From positions 1 through 55,125 of the IMG/VR virus record IMGVR_UViG_3300034351_000046: a stretch of 55,125 bases of DNA. The stretch is one strand, 5' to 3'. The notes beneath the pieces are model-generated. The model searched no databases. It was not told the origin of the DNA and saw only the letters and a list, made by a program, of their open reading frames with translations. Positions 1-10,000 of the stretch are shown piece by piece (positions within the stretch are counted from its first letter, which is position 1; every line of letters starts with the position of its first letter). Position numbers and translations under genes: made by a program. The stretch is from a virus (lineage: Duplodnaviria > Caudoviricetes).

Positions 1-684
1 GACTTCTCCACCGCCTCCCGCCTCCTGGGCGAACTAGCCCTCTCCCTCACCATGATCCAACCCTCCCCACAAGCCCTCGAAACCGGCCAAAAGGGACCCG
101 AATTACATCCCCCGAAGGGGGATTAGTATTTTCTACCCAAAAAGTCCAGCAAAATCACACTTTCCGGCCACCAGGTCCCCCAACACTACCCCAATCTGCT
201 CCAAGATTTGCCCCAAGTTTCCAGGTTCCTAATCCAACCCAACCGTAACTCCCTCACAATCAACCTGCTCCGTTGGAGCACTTTTGTCTTTACATTTTGT
301 CTTTACGTTTTTCGCAAATTCTTGTGTACCAACATGCGCTTACGCTGCTCCATATGGGTCCCCCCCCCACCCCCTATAAGGGGTGTAGGGAGGGGGGGCC
401 CCCCCATATATGAGCATCGCGCAGTAAACCCAAACCCTTTTTCCCAACTGGAACAAAACCTCCCCAACACCAGACCCGATAAATGTGGGGCCATACGCCG
501 CACGCCGTGGGCCGAAAAGGGGGCCCCCTCCCCCTCCGTTTTTGGGTCCCATCCGAGCCGAAAAGGGTACCCATCCGGGCGCCCAGGGAGTGGCCGGGGG
601 ACACGGTGTCCGCACCTTGTCCGCATCCGGCAGCGGGGGCAGGAATGTGGGGGATTCCGGGGGATTGATGAGGAGTCTAGATCA

Positions 685-1074
685 TCACCCAGGGATCAGA
701 GGTGTTGGCAAGCCGGCGCTACGCTTCCCAGTGCTGGGTCTCAGCTGTCCAGGCGCCGGCCTGCCGGCCAGCATGCGTTCGATCTCGGAGAGCTTGGCGA
801 TGACGGTTGCCAGCCAGGAGGCCTTCTGTGGATCTGTCTCGATCATGACCAATTCGTCGTAACGATCGAGAGCAGCGCGTATACGTGCCAGCCGGGTTTC
901 GACGTAGTTTTGGCCATTGGAGTCTGCCTCGAACATTGCTTTGACTCTAGCGCGGTCTCGTTCTTCCCGAGCCCTGCGTTCGTCTCGTTTTCGGCGGCGT
1001 GTGATGGCGCCTCGGCGTGCGGCTTCGGCGGCTGTTTCGGAAGTGAAGGGTTTCAGATTGGCGACGTTGCCCAT
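685..1074 (-). CDS. Putative terminase small subunit / helical DNA-binding protein
   Basis: 129 aa starting GNVANLKPF, followed by an Arg-rich helix. This N-terminus is common in small-terminase-like phage proteins; no other terS candidate was found. Confidence 0.45.
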   Translation of the reverse strand: MGNVANLKPFTSETAAEAARRGAITRRRKRDERRAREERDRARVKAMFEADSNGQNYVETRLARIRAALDRYDELVMIETDPQKASWLATVIAKLSEIERMLAGRPAPGQLRPSTGKRSAGLPTPLIPG

Positions 1075-1209
1075 GGCTTCAAACGCTACGGGGGCGCCAT
1101 GCGTTTTTCAACCCCTTCCGAAGGGCTCCAGACCATCCGGGCACTAAAAAGCCCTCAGAGGCGATTCTAGCGCGTTCTGAGGGCTATGCTCAGAGATGAT
1201 CAGTGGTGA

Positions 1210-1551
1210 TCAGGCCACAAGTTTGAGGCCGAGTTGGGTTTGGCCGCGCTCCTGGCACATGCCGTTCCAGATGGCGCGTTCCCAGCCCCAGTATTTGTGA
1301 TGAGCGCAACCGCCTCGCGTTCCCCATACGGTAATCTCGACACAAGCGCGAGTGGCAACGAATTGCGCGGCCCATTGGGCGGCGTCACGGGCGGTTGGGG
1401 CGATGACACGGGCGGTGTAGTTTTCCATCTGGTCATGGTCCTGGGTGAGGTTGGCGTTTTCGCCCACGTTGACATCGACGGGCCAGGAGAAAACCTTCTG
1501 GCCTTTGATGGTGCCCAGCAGGCGAGCTCGGAGGTGTTTTGAGTTTCTCAT
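1210..1551 (-). CDS. Hypothetical phage early protein
   Basis: 113-aa ORF preceded by the GAAAGACACTGCA-ATG leader shared with the genes starting at 2350 and 3628. Confidence 0.75.
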   Translation of the reverse strand: MRNSKHLRARLLGTIKGQKVFSWPVDVNVGENANLTQDHDQMENYTARVIAPTARDAAQWAAQFVATRACVEITVWGTRGGCAHHKYWGWERAIWNGMCQERGQTQLGLKLVA

Positions 1552-1577
1552 TGCAGTGTCTTTCTTGGTTGTCCGGG

Positions 1578-1988
1578 TTACCCGTTCCGGCGTTGGATTT
1601 CAAGGTTCAATTGACGGTCGATGATGGCCAAGCGTTTGCTTTCGGCTTCCTCTTGGCAATCGCACTCCCGGCCTCCTGCGTGCATCTGACAAAGGCGCAG
1701 GTTGATGGCGGTGCGGAGCGCGTCGATTTCACCTGGGGAGAGATGTTCCCAGCGGTGCGGATCTTCGTCGACCTCGGCCAGGATGGCACGCCACGATCCG
1801 GTCCAATTGCCATTGCTGTCCCAGATGCCGCACGCCGCACCGTAATCGGTTTCGCTTCCGGCCTGGAGGAACCCGTCCATGTTGATCTTCTCGGCCAGCT
1901 GCATCAGCAGGTGCGAGCATTCGAGGTGCGGATCGGAACTGAAGCTGTCGTTTTCCAGTTCGATGGTCAGTCTGAATTGTCGTTTCAT
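1578..1988 (-). CDS. Hypothetical phage protein (FRLTIELENDSF...IWDSNGNWTGSW)
   Basis: 136-aa ORF packed tightly into the leftward operon; resembles a recurrent small phage protein family. Confidence 0.75.
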   Translation of the reverse strand: MKRQFRLTIELENDSFSSDPHLECSHLLMQLAEKINMDGFLQAGSETDYGAACGIWDSNGNWTGSWRAILAEVDEDPHRWEHLSPGEIDALRTAINLRLCQMHAGGRECDCQEEAESKRLAIIDRQLNLEIQRRNG

Positions 1989-1996
1989 GATGGCGC

Positions 1997-2350
1997 CTAG
2001 CGTTGGAGTTGGAGTGGTTCAATGTCCCAGTTTTCAATGTCATGTTGGGCGGCGTACTGCCGCACTTCGGACATCGATTTGAAGGGCCCGTGCAAGCTCG
2101 GTTTTTCGCCCGTGCCAAACCATCGGATCAGGACCAGCCGCGCCTGGGTGAATTCGGCCACGGTGCCGTGATGGGCGCACTTGCCGCACGCGCATTGGTT
2201 GTCTTCGTTCCATTCGACTGGGCCCTGCTGTTCAGTGCCATCGTCAGTCACTCGGAAGGGGGCGGTTGTCCAAATGATGAAGTCCCCAGCCCATCCGCAT
2301 TCCGGGCAGGTGAAATCCTCGAGGCAGTTTGTGTTTTCCGGTTCGTTCAT
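1997..2350 (-). CDS. Zn-ribbon hypothetical phage protein
   Basis: NCLEDFTCPECG and CACGKC motifs; start placed after the shared leader (alternative ATG at 2365). Confidence 0.75.
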   Translation of the reverse strand: MNEPENTNCLEDFTCPECGWAGDFIIWTTAPFRVTDDGTEQQGPVEWNEDNQCACGKCAHHGTVAEFTQARLVLIRWFGTGEKPSLHGPFKSMSEVRQYAAQHDIENWDIEPLQLQR

Positions 2351-2422
2351 TGCAGTGTCTTTCATTTGTGGTTTTGAGTTGAGTTGTGGGGGCCAGCCCA
2401 TCCGGGCCAGCCCCCTGGTTGA

Positions 2423-3628
2423 CTAGTCGTTTTCCTGCCGGTCCATGGCTTCCAGATCTGGGTCCTGAGTGTTGAAACGCTCGGGCGTCATGGCCCAGTA
2501 AGCTTCGCACTGCTCGGGCGTCACAAGCGCATGATAATGGTTCATGACGATGTCCGGGCTGTTGCCCATCTCAGCGGCAGTCCGGGCCAGATCGTGAGAC
2601 CGAGCCAGGAAGTAACTCCCGAAGGAATGGCGCATGATATCGGTAGGCCACGCATCGAACCCCAGGTGATCCCGGAGCGGCAGCATTTTCTTCTGCTTGC
2701 CCTTGGCGAATTCGGCGCCGATTTCGCAACCAAGCTTCCGGGCCAGCCGCACCCAGGCCAGGGCCGTGGGTTCCATGTGAATCATCCGCGCACGGCGCGT
2801 CTTGGTCTGCCACTTCTTGAGGGCAATCAAGCCCTTGTCGAGGTCGATGTCCTGCCAGCGTAACCGGTCGATTTCCTCCGGGCGGCAACCACAGAAAAGG
2901 CCGATGGTCACATAGCCCAGCTGGTGTAGTTGGTCCGGTGTCTCGAGGATGAACCGCAGGGCCTTGTCGACCTGCTCAGGGCTCATGATCGTGGCGCCTT
3001 CGTCCTTGACGATTTTACGCTTCGGGATTGAGTCACTGCTGCACGCCTGGACGGGCGCCCAGCCGCGCTTGTAACACAATCCGAAAAAGCTCCGGGCCGA
3101 GTCGCGATTATTGTTCCAGCTGGTGTCGTTGTCGTATCGATCCAGATACTCCAAAACATCCTCGGTTGTGATCTTGGCCACGGGCATATTCTCCCGGCCC
3201 TTGGCAAAGCGCCGGATCCAGCGGCCTGCATTGGCGCAGTGCATCTCAGAGTTACCCTTCCGGCGCAGGTGCGCTTCCCATTCGATCCCGGCCTTGGCCA
3301 AGGTCATGGACTCGGGCGCCAGCGCACCGTTGCCATTGGCCGAGGACTTTCCGGCCAGCCATTCGTCGATGACCTGGGTCATGGTGTAGTTGGGCGCGGC
3401 CTTGGTCAACCGGTCCAGGGCAACCATCATCTCCGCACGCTTGCTGCTCGAAAGGGCCAGCCACGCCTCACCGGCTCGGCGGCTCATCTCCTGCTTTTCG
3501 CGTGCGGCTTCCTCGGCCTCCTGGCGCGTCTTGTAAAAGCGCCGGATCCGAGTGCCGCCCGTGGGCGTGTAATCGAGGACAAAGCGCGTGCATCCGCGCT
3601 CGGTTTGTTTTCGGATATTCAGTTTCAT
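2423..3628 (-). CDS. int: Tyrosine recombinase / phage integrase
   Basis: Catalytic residues GCRPEE (R), KT (K), DIMRHS (variant HxxRH box), MGNS and NHY (Y); N-terminal arm-binding-like beta region (RIRRFYKTRQEA). Confidence 0.93.
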   Translation of the reverse strand: MKLNIRKQTERGCTRFVLDYTPTGGTRIRRFYKTRQEAEEAAREKQEMSRRAGEAWLALSSSKRAEMMVALDRLTKAAPNYTMTQVIDEWLAGKSSANGNGALAPESMTLAKAGIEWEAHLRRKGNSEMHCANAGRWIRRFAKGRENMPVAKITTEDVLEYLDRYDNDTSWNNNRDSARSFFGLCYKRGWAPVQACSSDSIPKRKIVKDEGATIMSPEQVDKALRFILETPDQLHQLGYVTIGLFCGCRPEEIDRLRWQDIDLDKGLIALKKWQTKTRRARMIHMEPTALAWVRLARKLGCEIGAEFAKGKQKKMLPLRDHLGFDAWPTDIMRHSFGSYFLARSHDLARTAAEMGNSPDIVMNHYHALVTPEQCEAYWAMTPERFNTQDPDLEAMDRQEND

Positions 3629-3683
3629 TGCAGTGTCTTTCATTTGGTTTTTTGTTTCGCTCGGTTGTGGAGACCGAGGTGTC

Positions 3684-3712
3684 AAGTTACGGACAAATGC
3701 GGACAAAGTCAA
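3684..3712 (-). promoter_or_regulatory. Sigma70-like int promoter overlapping the arm repeats
   Basis: TTGACT-17nt-TAACTT on the minus strand; the spacer consists of the two TGTCCG repeats. Confidence 0.5.
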
Positions 3713-3916
3713 CGAATATCTCTGACAATCTTTTCGACATCTCCGCGCATCTGCCCGGAGTCTGGATTATGTGCGTTTTCCTGGGGAATTGCCATGTTTT
3801 CCCTGATTTCAGGGCCTTTTGAATGAGGCGCCAGATAGCGTGCCTGGCACCTGATAAAAGTGCCGTTTTCCTTGACTTTTCCCCAGGATGCGCCAATGCG
3901 GACAGTTTACGGACAG
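3687..3916. other. Putative attP: arm-type direct repeats flanking an inverted-repeat core
   Basis: CGGACA pairs at 3690/3700 and 3899/3910; imperfect inverted repeat AGGCGCCAG-9nt-CTGGCACCT at 3826-3852; immediately upstream of int. Confidence 0.6.
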
Positions 3917-3946
3917 AAATCTCTGGCAGATAAGTGGTTAAAGGGC

Positions 3947-3974
3947 TTGCAATACGCAAGCGGTTGCTTACCTT
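3947..3974 (+). promoter_or_regulatory. Promoter with palindromic operator (copy 1)
   Basis: TTGCAA-TA-CGCAAGCGGTTGCT-TACCTT; same layout as 5335-5362. Confidence 0.5.
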
Positions 3975-4388
3975 GGTTTGATGGTCACGGGATGCCGCCA
4001 GCAGTGTCCGGCATTGCCCCCTTCCTGGGGGCCCGTGGCCGTTTACTTTGGCGCCTGCTGGGCTTCCCCAATCCCTGGCCTACCCAGCATGGCGCCGGGG
4101 GCCCCCGGACATGACGCCAACCAGTGGCCGCGCCGGGAGCCCCCTTCCTGCCTGGGGCTCGGCCCGGATCGTTGTCACTCACCGTCCGGGTTTGGCATTC
4201 CCCTGCCGAGTGGCCGAGTGACCGGCACGGCAGGCGCCGAAGGGCCCCAGGCAGGAGGGGGGCGGCAGCCTGGGGGGCGGCTTGACCGGGAGGGCAAGGA
4301 TGCAATTCTGACCGAGGCCGAGCTCGGGAGGCAGAACCACTAGAGGGAGGCAAATCGACTCGGCCCCCGCCACCCCATTTTGTTTACC

Positions 4389-4562
4389 ATGAAACCACTC
4401 GAACTAGACGGCATCATCTACGACCAGGACGGCACCCAGACGTTGATCAACCACATGATCAGGGTGCGAAATGAGGCCATGCAAAGACACGATTGGGAGA
4501 ACACCGTCCTTCTCTCGCATGTCATCGCCCTGCTCAACTACTACAAGGATCAACTCGCATGA
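4389..4562 (+). CDS. Hypothetical protein
   Basis: 57-aa ORF with an ATGA overlap to the next gene. Confidence 0.65.
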   Translation: MKPLELDGIIYDQDGTQTLINHMIRVRNEAMQRHDWENTVLLSHVIALLNYYKDQLA

Positions 4563-4846
4563 AAATTGAAAAGGTCTTCGACTCCGAATCGGGATCCCCG
4601 GCCATCCTTGGCTACGAGGAAGTCCAGAACCTGTTGCATGCCGGCTGCACCGAGCCTGACTGCAAGCATGATCATTCCCAGCTGATGCTCATCGTGCATT
4701 GCAAGAAACACCCCCAGGCCCCCAGCTGGGTCTGCTTCAAGCATGGCAAGGATACGGCCGCTGTGGTTTGTAGCCAGTGCAACACGCCGATCATTTTCCT
4801 ACGCCTCCACAAACCCAACCCCGATCAGATCTCGCTCAATGAATGA
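4559..4846 (+). CDS. Cys/His-rich putative Zn-binding protein
   Basis: CTEPDC, HCKKH and CSQC motifs; translationally coupled on both sides. Confidence 0.7.
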   Translation: MKIEKVFDSESGSPAILGYEEVQNLLHAGCTEPDCKHDHSQLMLIVHCKKHPQAPSWVCFKHGKDTAAVVCSQCNTPIIFLRLHKPNPDQISLNE

Positions 4847-5099
4847 TATCAAAATCCTGACCATCATCAGTGCGCCGGCAGGCAACTTGTGCGGTTACTT
4901 CGATGTGGAAATCGGCGGCATAATCGTCCGCAAATGCCGCATCGTGCAACAGCCAGGCATGCGTGCCTACATCTCGGGTCCTCAGATGTCCAGTGGCCCC
5001 AAGCGGTGGTTCACCTTTGTGACCTTCCCGGATCACATCCGGCAAGCCATCCAGGACCAGGTGCTGCCCAGGACCAAAGAAATGGGTATGACCAAATGA
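4839..5099 (+). CDS. SpoVG-like nucleic-acid-binding protein
   Basis: LCGYFDVEIGGIIVRKCRIVQ...YISGP...AIQDQVL follows the SpoVG pattern. Confidence 0.65.
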   Translation: MNDIKILTIISAPAGNLCGYFDVEIGGIIVRKCRIVQQPGMRAYISGPQMSSGPKRWFTFVTFPDHIRQAIQDQVLPRTKEMGMTK

Positions 5100-5338
5100 A
5101 ACCCGTGCCTCCCGAAAGCCCCCTGGCCCATCAATTGTGGCATCGGAGCAATGAATTAAGGCTCTGCTGGGACCGGCTCCATCCGGCCCAGATGCACCAC
5201 TTCCTCGAGGACCAATGGGTCCTCATCATCGATGACCGATTCTTGCCTGATCGAAGGATCATTGGCTGTGTGCCCATCGAGCACCTGGCCAAGCTCACCT
5301 GGCCGATGGGCAAGCCGGCCAAAAAGAAGAAGCATTGA
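5096..5338 (+). CDS. Hypothetical protein
   Basis: 80 aa; ATGA overlap with the previous gene. Confidence 0.65.
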   Translation: MKPVPPESPLAHQLWHRSNELRLCWDRLHPAQMHHFLEDQWVLIIDDRFLPDRRIIGCVPIEHLAKLTWPMGKPAKKKKH

Positions 5339-5362
5339 CATAGGCAACCGGTTGCCCACCAT
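5335..5362 (+). promoter_or_regulatory. Promoter with palindromic operator (copy 2)
   Basis: TTGACA-TA-GGCAACCGGTTGCC (perfect 14-bp palindrome)-CACCAT, 6 nt before the ATG at 5369. Confidence 0.6.
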
Positions 5363-5368
5363 CGATTC

Positions 5369-5599
5369 ATGCCAGACGAGATCAGCAAAGCCGCCGCCAT
5401 TCTTGGACGTAAAGGAGGCAAGGCCCGTGGCAAGACCAAGGCCAGGACCGGGATCTCCGAGCGCATGAAGGCCTGGTGGGCTTCCCCGGCTGCCGCCAAG
5501 CGTCGTAAGAAAACCAAAACCAAATCCAATCATGGCAAAGAAAACCAAACCCAAAGACGATCCGAGCCCCAGCCCCCAAACCCCTACGCCGGCCTCTAA
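5369..5599 (+). CDS. Small basic KGG-type protein, probable DNA binder
   Basis: AAAILGRKGGKARG motif; very Lys/Arg-rich. Confidence 0.6.
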   Translation: MPDEISKAAAILGRKGGKARGKTKARTGISERMKAWWASPAAAKRRKKTKTKSNHGKENQTQRRSEPQPPNPYAGL

Positions 5600-5873
5600 G
5601 AAGGCCAAGGTCGACCCGGAGATCATGAAGCTCCGCGCCAAGCACCAGGCCGAGGTGAAGGAATACATGAAGGCGCGGTCCTCGGCGCACATTCTCAAGA
5701 CCATTATCGACAAACGCCTGCCGGCAATGACCAAGGCTGATCTGGAAAAGCTCTACGATTACCTAGGCACCATGGCCACCCCTCCTCTTCCGGGGAGCGG
5801 CCAGGAGCACACGCGCCAGCCTGCCGAGCCGGCGCCGGCAGAGGACAAGTCTGATCCCTGGCTTACCGAGTAG
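5532..5873 (+). CDS. Hypothetical protein
   Basis: 113-aa ORF with an A/C-rich upstream region. Confidence 0.7.
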   Translation: MAKKTKPKDDPSPSPQTPTPASKKAKVDPEIMKLRAKHQAEVKEYMKARSSAHILKTIIDKRLPAMTKADLEKLYDYLGTMATPPLPGSGQEHTRQPAEPAPAEDKSDPWLTE

Positions 5874-5901
5874 CCGCCAAACTCAAAACCACAGTCGCAC
5901 C

Positions 5902-6162
5902 ATGAGAGAAGCAAAGACCTACATTGGAGATGCTGTTTACGGGGAGGATCTGGGAAGCCAGGTTAGACTCTCCACTCAGCGTTCGTTCGACACGCATTGG
6001 ATGGTTCTGGGGAATGCCGAGATCTGGTATTTCCTTCGGTGGCTTCGGTTCCGGGGCTACCTCCCGGATGAGGCCCTGGAACAGTTGAAGGCCTACACCC
6101 CGAGCGGCCCCGAGGAGCTCAAAGAAGACGATCTAGGAGGGCTGGACCATGCCTCGGACTAA
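5902..6162 (+). CDS. Hypothetical phage protein (YIGDAVY motif)
   Basis: 86 aa; YxGDxVY motif seen in small phage proteins; AAAACCACAG leader. Confidence 0.75.
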   Translation: MREAKTYIGDAVYGEDLGSQVRLSTQRSFDTHWMVLGNAEIWYFLRWLRFRGYLPDEALEQLKAYTPSGPEELKEDDLGGLDHASD

Positions 6163-6445
6163 GCAAAAGAAATGGCTTGTGAGGGTTCCCATCACTCTGC
6201 ACTTGTGTGCGGAGGTGACGGCCCAGAACAAAAATGCCGCCATTCAGGTGGCCAACCTTAAATGCTCTGAAGTGGAGGGGCAGTTCATTGGCTATCGATC
6301 CCGGATCGACCGGCCAACCTTGGCTGTTCCTGTAACCGATTCAGAAGACCAAAATGTCTGGTGGGATCCAGACGACTTTGACGCATGCGAAATCTTCCTG
6401 ACCGACAAAACCGAGGTGTCACCGATCGACGAACGGGGCGAGTGA
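6149..6445 (+). CDS. Hypothetical protein
   Basis: 98 aa; overlaps the previous stop; GGAGG upstream. Confidence 0.7.
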   Translation: MPRTKQKKWLVRVPITLHLCAEVTAQNKNAAIQVANLKCSEVEGQFIGYRSRIDRPTLAVPVTDSEDQNVWWDPDDFDACEIFLTDKTEVSPIDERGE

Positions 6446-6561
6446 TCGATTTTATCCATCCTCCAGATCTGCCCAGGCCCAAACCATCCAGCGGCCTACC
6501 GTGGCTGATTGCGGCATTGGGATGGATTGCCTTCGCCCTTTCCCTGATCTTCAGGGGATAG
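6442..6561 (+). CDS. Small single-pass membrane protein (not in the ORF track)
   Basis: GTGA overlap; MIDFIHPPDLPRPKPSSGLPWLIAALGWIAFALSLIFRG (39 aa). Confidence 0.55.
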   Translation: MIDFIHPPDLPRPKPSSGLPWLIAALGWIAFALSLIFRG

Positions 6562-7099
6562 GTTCCCCGATCAACCCGATACCCAAGGCCATCCGGTAGA
6601 ACTTGGTCCGCTCCAGCGGACTGTCCACATGGAAGGTGGGATCGATCACTGCCATGTTCCATGGGCCGGCGGGATCATCGGCCTCCTCCAGCTTGGCTGA
6701 GATGACAATGGCCAATTCGTTTGTGGCCTCCACGCCATTTGGGCTCGAAGGAATGCTCGGAATCAGCAGGCTTGCCTCCTCGGAGAAATCGCTTTCCAGT
6801 CCACTGGTATTGAAAGCGGTGGCCGCAAAGTAGTAGACCAGGCCGCGCACAAAGTTGGTGATGATACAATTGGTCACGCTCACCGAAACGATTCCGTTGG
6901 TGAGTGTGTTGTGGAGGGTGACCACTCGAGTATAGGAACGGGAGTTGGTGCCGTCGTAGATCTTGTAGCCGGCAATGTCCAATTCTGGATTGGCATCCCA
7001 GGCCACCAGGACTCGAGGGGGCTTGTTGGTGGGGGCCAGCTGCCCCACGGCCGTAAAGGCCAGGAACAGCATCATGAGAAAAAGGATGGTTCGTTTCAT
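6551..7099 (-). CDS. Secreted fibronectin type III domain protein
   Basis: Signal peptide MKRTILFLMMLFLAFTAVGQ; Fn3 motifs WDAN...IAGYKIY...YYFAATAFN..GLESDFS; C-terminal LEEADD...W...FYR segment. Confidence 0.85.
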   Translation of the reverse strand: MKRTILFLMMLFLAFTAVGQLAPTNKPPRVLVAWDANPELDIAGYKIYDGTNSRSYTRVVTLHNTLTNGIVSVSVTNCIITNFVRGLVYYFAATAFNTSGLESDFSEEASLLIPSIPSSPNGVEATNELAIVISAKLEEADDPAGPWNMAVIDPTFHVDSPLERTKFYRMALGIGLIGEPIP

Positions 7100-10000
7100 T
7101 ATCGGGTTCGAGTTTCCCTCGGATACTTGTTGTCATCGGTGTAGGTGTTCACGCCTGCGCCGAAGATGTTGAGAATGGTAAGGATGGTGCCCTCGGAGAA
7201 TCCTCGCGCTTTGTAGATGTCCACGATATCCGCAAAGGGCAGCGGCACGAAAAGGTCCCGCATGATGTTGGGGATGTTGGTGGGGCGCCCCAGGAAATCC
7301 TCGCGCGAAATGATATCCAGGGCCACGCCGATGTCCGGGCGCAACTTGCTTCGGCCGAAACGGACCAGGACATCGACCAGGTTCCCCACCCCGTAAGCGT
7401 TGGCCGCATCGAAATCGATGGTCCTGCCTTTAAGCGTGGTGGTCGAGTTGGTCAGGATCCGGCTGGCCAGCACGATGGGCTGGATGAAGCCGCCCCACAG
7501 ATCGATCCGGGTATTGCCCCGCACGATCTTCATGAAGTCCGAGGAGGTGGGCGGGACCTCGTCCTTGTCATCGAACAGGGTCGAGATCAGGTAGAGGAAG
7601 GCCGCGCTGGAAAGGACACGCGCATATTCCTTGGCCACGATCCACCTGGCACGCTTGCTGTGTGCGAAGTCTCCCGCACCCCACAGGGGCTGGCCGGTCA
7701 AAAACTGAACCCGGCTCATCAGAAGCTTGGGCGCCCAGATGAATTCGGAGAATCCTCGAGCCGCAGCAGGGGGGACATAGCCACGGCCCGTGGCCACGTT
7801 GACCCAGTTACCCAGGATCCGAAGTTCGTTTTCGGTGGGAGGCCGATCGGAGAAGTTCTCCTGCAAGAGCACATCAGCCAATTCAGACCGGAGGACATTC
7901 AGGAAAGTGGCAAAGGCGCGATTCGAGCCGGCCACCGGAATGGCCAGGGCCCGGAAAGGCAGGCCGGCCACCTTGCCCAGCTTGGACTTGCCACCCCACA
8001 GACCCATGTTGGCCCACTCATCGAAGACTGACCTGGCGTTTTCCTCGGCTCGATTGAAGGTGGGGGATTCAATGTCGGTAAACTCGATCCCCATAATCTT
8101 GTAAGCGCCCGACTCGTAGTTGGGTTTGCGCCGAATGGCCGCATTGATCCGCTCAGCCCTGGCCCTCGAACTGGCTGCCTTGAACATGTCAATGAAGGCA
8201 CGCGCAATGCGTGGCGTGGTCTTGATAGGGGAAGTGGGTAGCCGCATCCCCAAGGAAAGAAGGGCGACAATTCCCTGCCGGCTCCCGGAGAAGTCATAGC
8301 TACTTCGGAGGTTGGTAACGGCCGTTCGCATGCGCCGAATGCCATACCAAACCTTCTTCATGCCGGTCAGGTTCTTGATCCGCTCAGCCTCGGCCTGGTT
8401 GTAGAAGTCGCGCTGGATTCGTTCCCGTTGAGCAGTGAGATCAATCACATCCCGATTCTGGGTCACTTCCTTGGGCGGCTCCTTCCGGCGCCGGGGCGAG
8501 AAATCCTGATCGGCAATGCGCTGCTTGTAATCGGCAATCTGCCGGCGCAGCTGAGAGACGCGCAGGTTGATGGCCTTGGTGACCGGATCCGGTTTGCCTG
8601 GGCCCAGTCGTTCGCGCATCTCCTTGCGCTGGTTCTTGAGGTCCTCGAGCCTGGCCGCCATCCTCTGGTTGCTGGGCTTGTCCTCGGGCCGGATCTTCTT
8701 GGACTTGGGAAAGACATCCTGGTTGGCCAGCTGGTTCTCCAGCTTGCGGATCTCACGGTCCAGCTGGAACCACCGCTTGTAGTCCTCCTTGGTGGTTAGA
8801 TCGGGCGGGGGATTGATCTCGCGCTGAGCCCACTCCTGCTCGGCCCGGAGTTGGGCAATCCTGGCACGGAGGGCCTCGAGCTTGGCGCTGGTGACCGGAT
8901 CCCGCTTGTTCGCACTGGTCCTGCGTCCCTCGACCAGGTCCTCCTCCATCTTGGTGATCATCCGCTCGGCCGCACGCTCGGCCCGTTCGATGCGCTGGAG
9001 ATCGGTCAGGCCTGGCGCCTCGAAGATCTGGGCATACTCTTCCCGGACACGATCGTATTCCTCCTTGAGGGCCTCGAGCTCCTCATCGGTCTGCTCGCGC
9101 CGGTCCTCGCGCTGGGCACGCATCCGCTCCCTGGCCTCCCAGTTGTTGGGATCCATCTCCCACCGGAGATCGGTAATCCGGTTCCGATACCAGGTCTTGC
9201 GGGAATCCAGGTAGGTCTTCTGCTGGTATTTGGCATCGGTGATGACCTCGCCATTGATCTTCTTGGCCCGATTCAAATCCCGCTCGAGGCGCAGCTGTTC
9301 ATCACTCTTCTCATCAGCCAGCCAGCCAGTCTTGGGGATCGGCCGCTTGGCTTCGGCATCGAGGATGTTGGAGAAGATTCGGATCTGGGCCTTGAGGTCC
9401 CGGATCGTTTTGCTGACATCGTCCTGCGCCGGCTCACGCACTCGGCCGCGCCCGGAGATCAGGTCTCGGGTTTCCTCGATCGTGATCCGGGGGACTACCT
9501 CGGAAATCATTCTGTGGACCGTCTGGGTGAGCTCGTCCCTGGTCATGAGGGGATCCAACTCCACCAGGCCGCGCACCAGCCGCTGGGTGGGATAGTAGAG
9601 CTCGCTCTGCCTGCTGCCCACCGGCTCGGTCGAGCTCGCCTCATGGGCCTGGATCTGCCGGAACTTGGCCATAGCCGACTCAACGATCTGTTCCGGCCCC
9701 ATCTCCTGCTGGGTCCGCGCCGGCCGCTCTACGACCCGTGAGGCGCGTGCGCTGGCCAGATCTGCGCGGCCTCGAGTCAAGCGCGTGGTCAGGTCCTGCT
9801 GGGAAGCCGGCCACACCTGGTCGAGGTAGGGCGAGATGTTGGGCCCGAGCTCCTCCACCATGGCTTCGTTCCAGTCGACCCGATCGGTGATGTTCTGGGC
9901 CAGCTTGGAACCGCCGATGATGGCCAGGTCCCGGAGGACCTCCTCGGGCAGGGGAGTGGGCCCCTCGGCCACGCTGAACCGGAGAGGTGTCTGGGGAAAG

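Noticed and set aside
208-1170. 320-aa plus-strand ORF
   Set aside because: Low-complexity first half; the second half is antisense to the better-supported 685-1074 gene.
3980-4380. ncRNA or gene in the GC-rich stretch after attP
   Set aside because: Short stems are expected at this GC content; no recognisable family or credible ORF.
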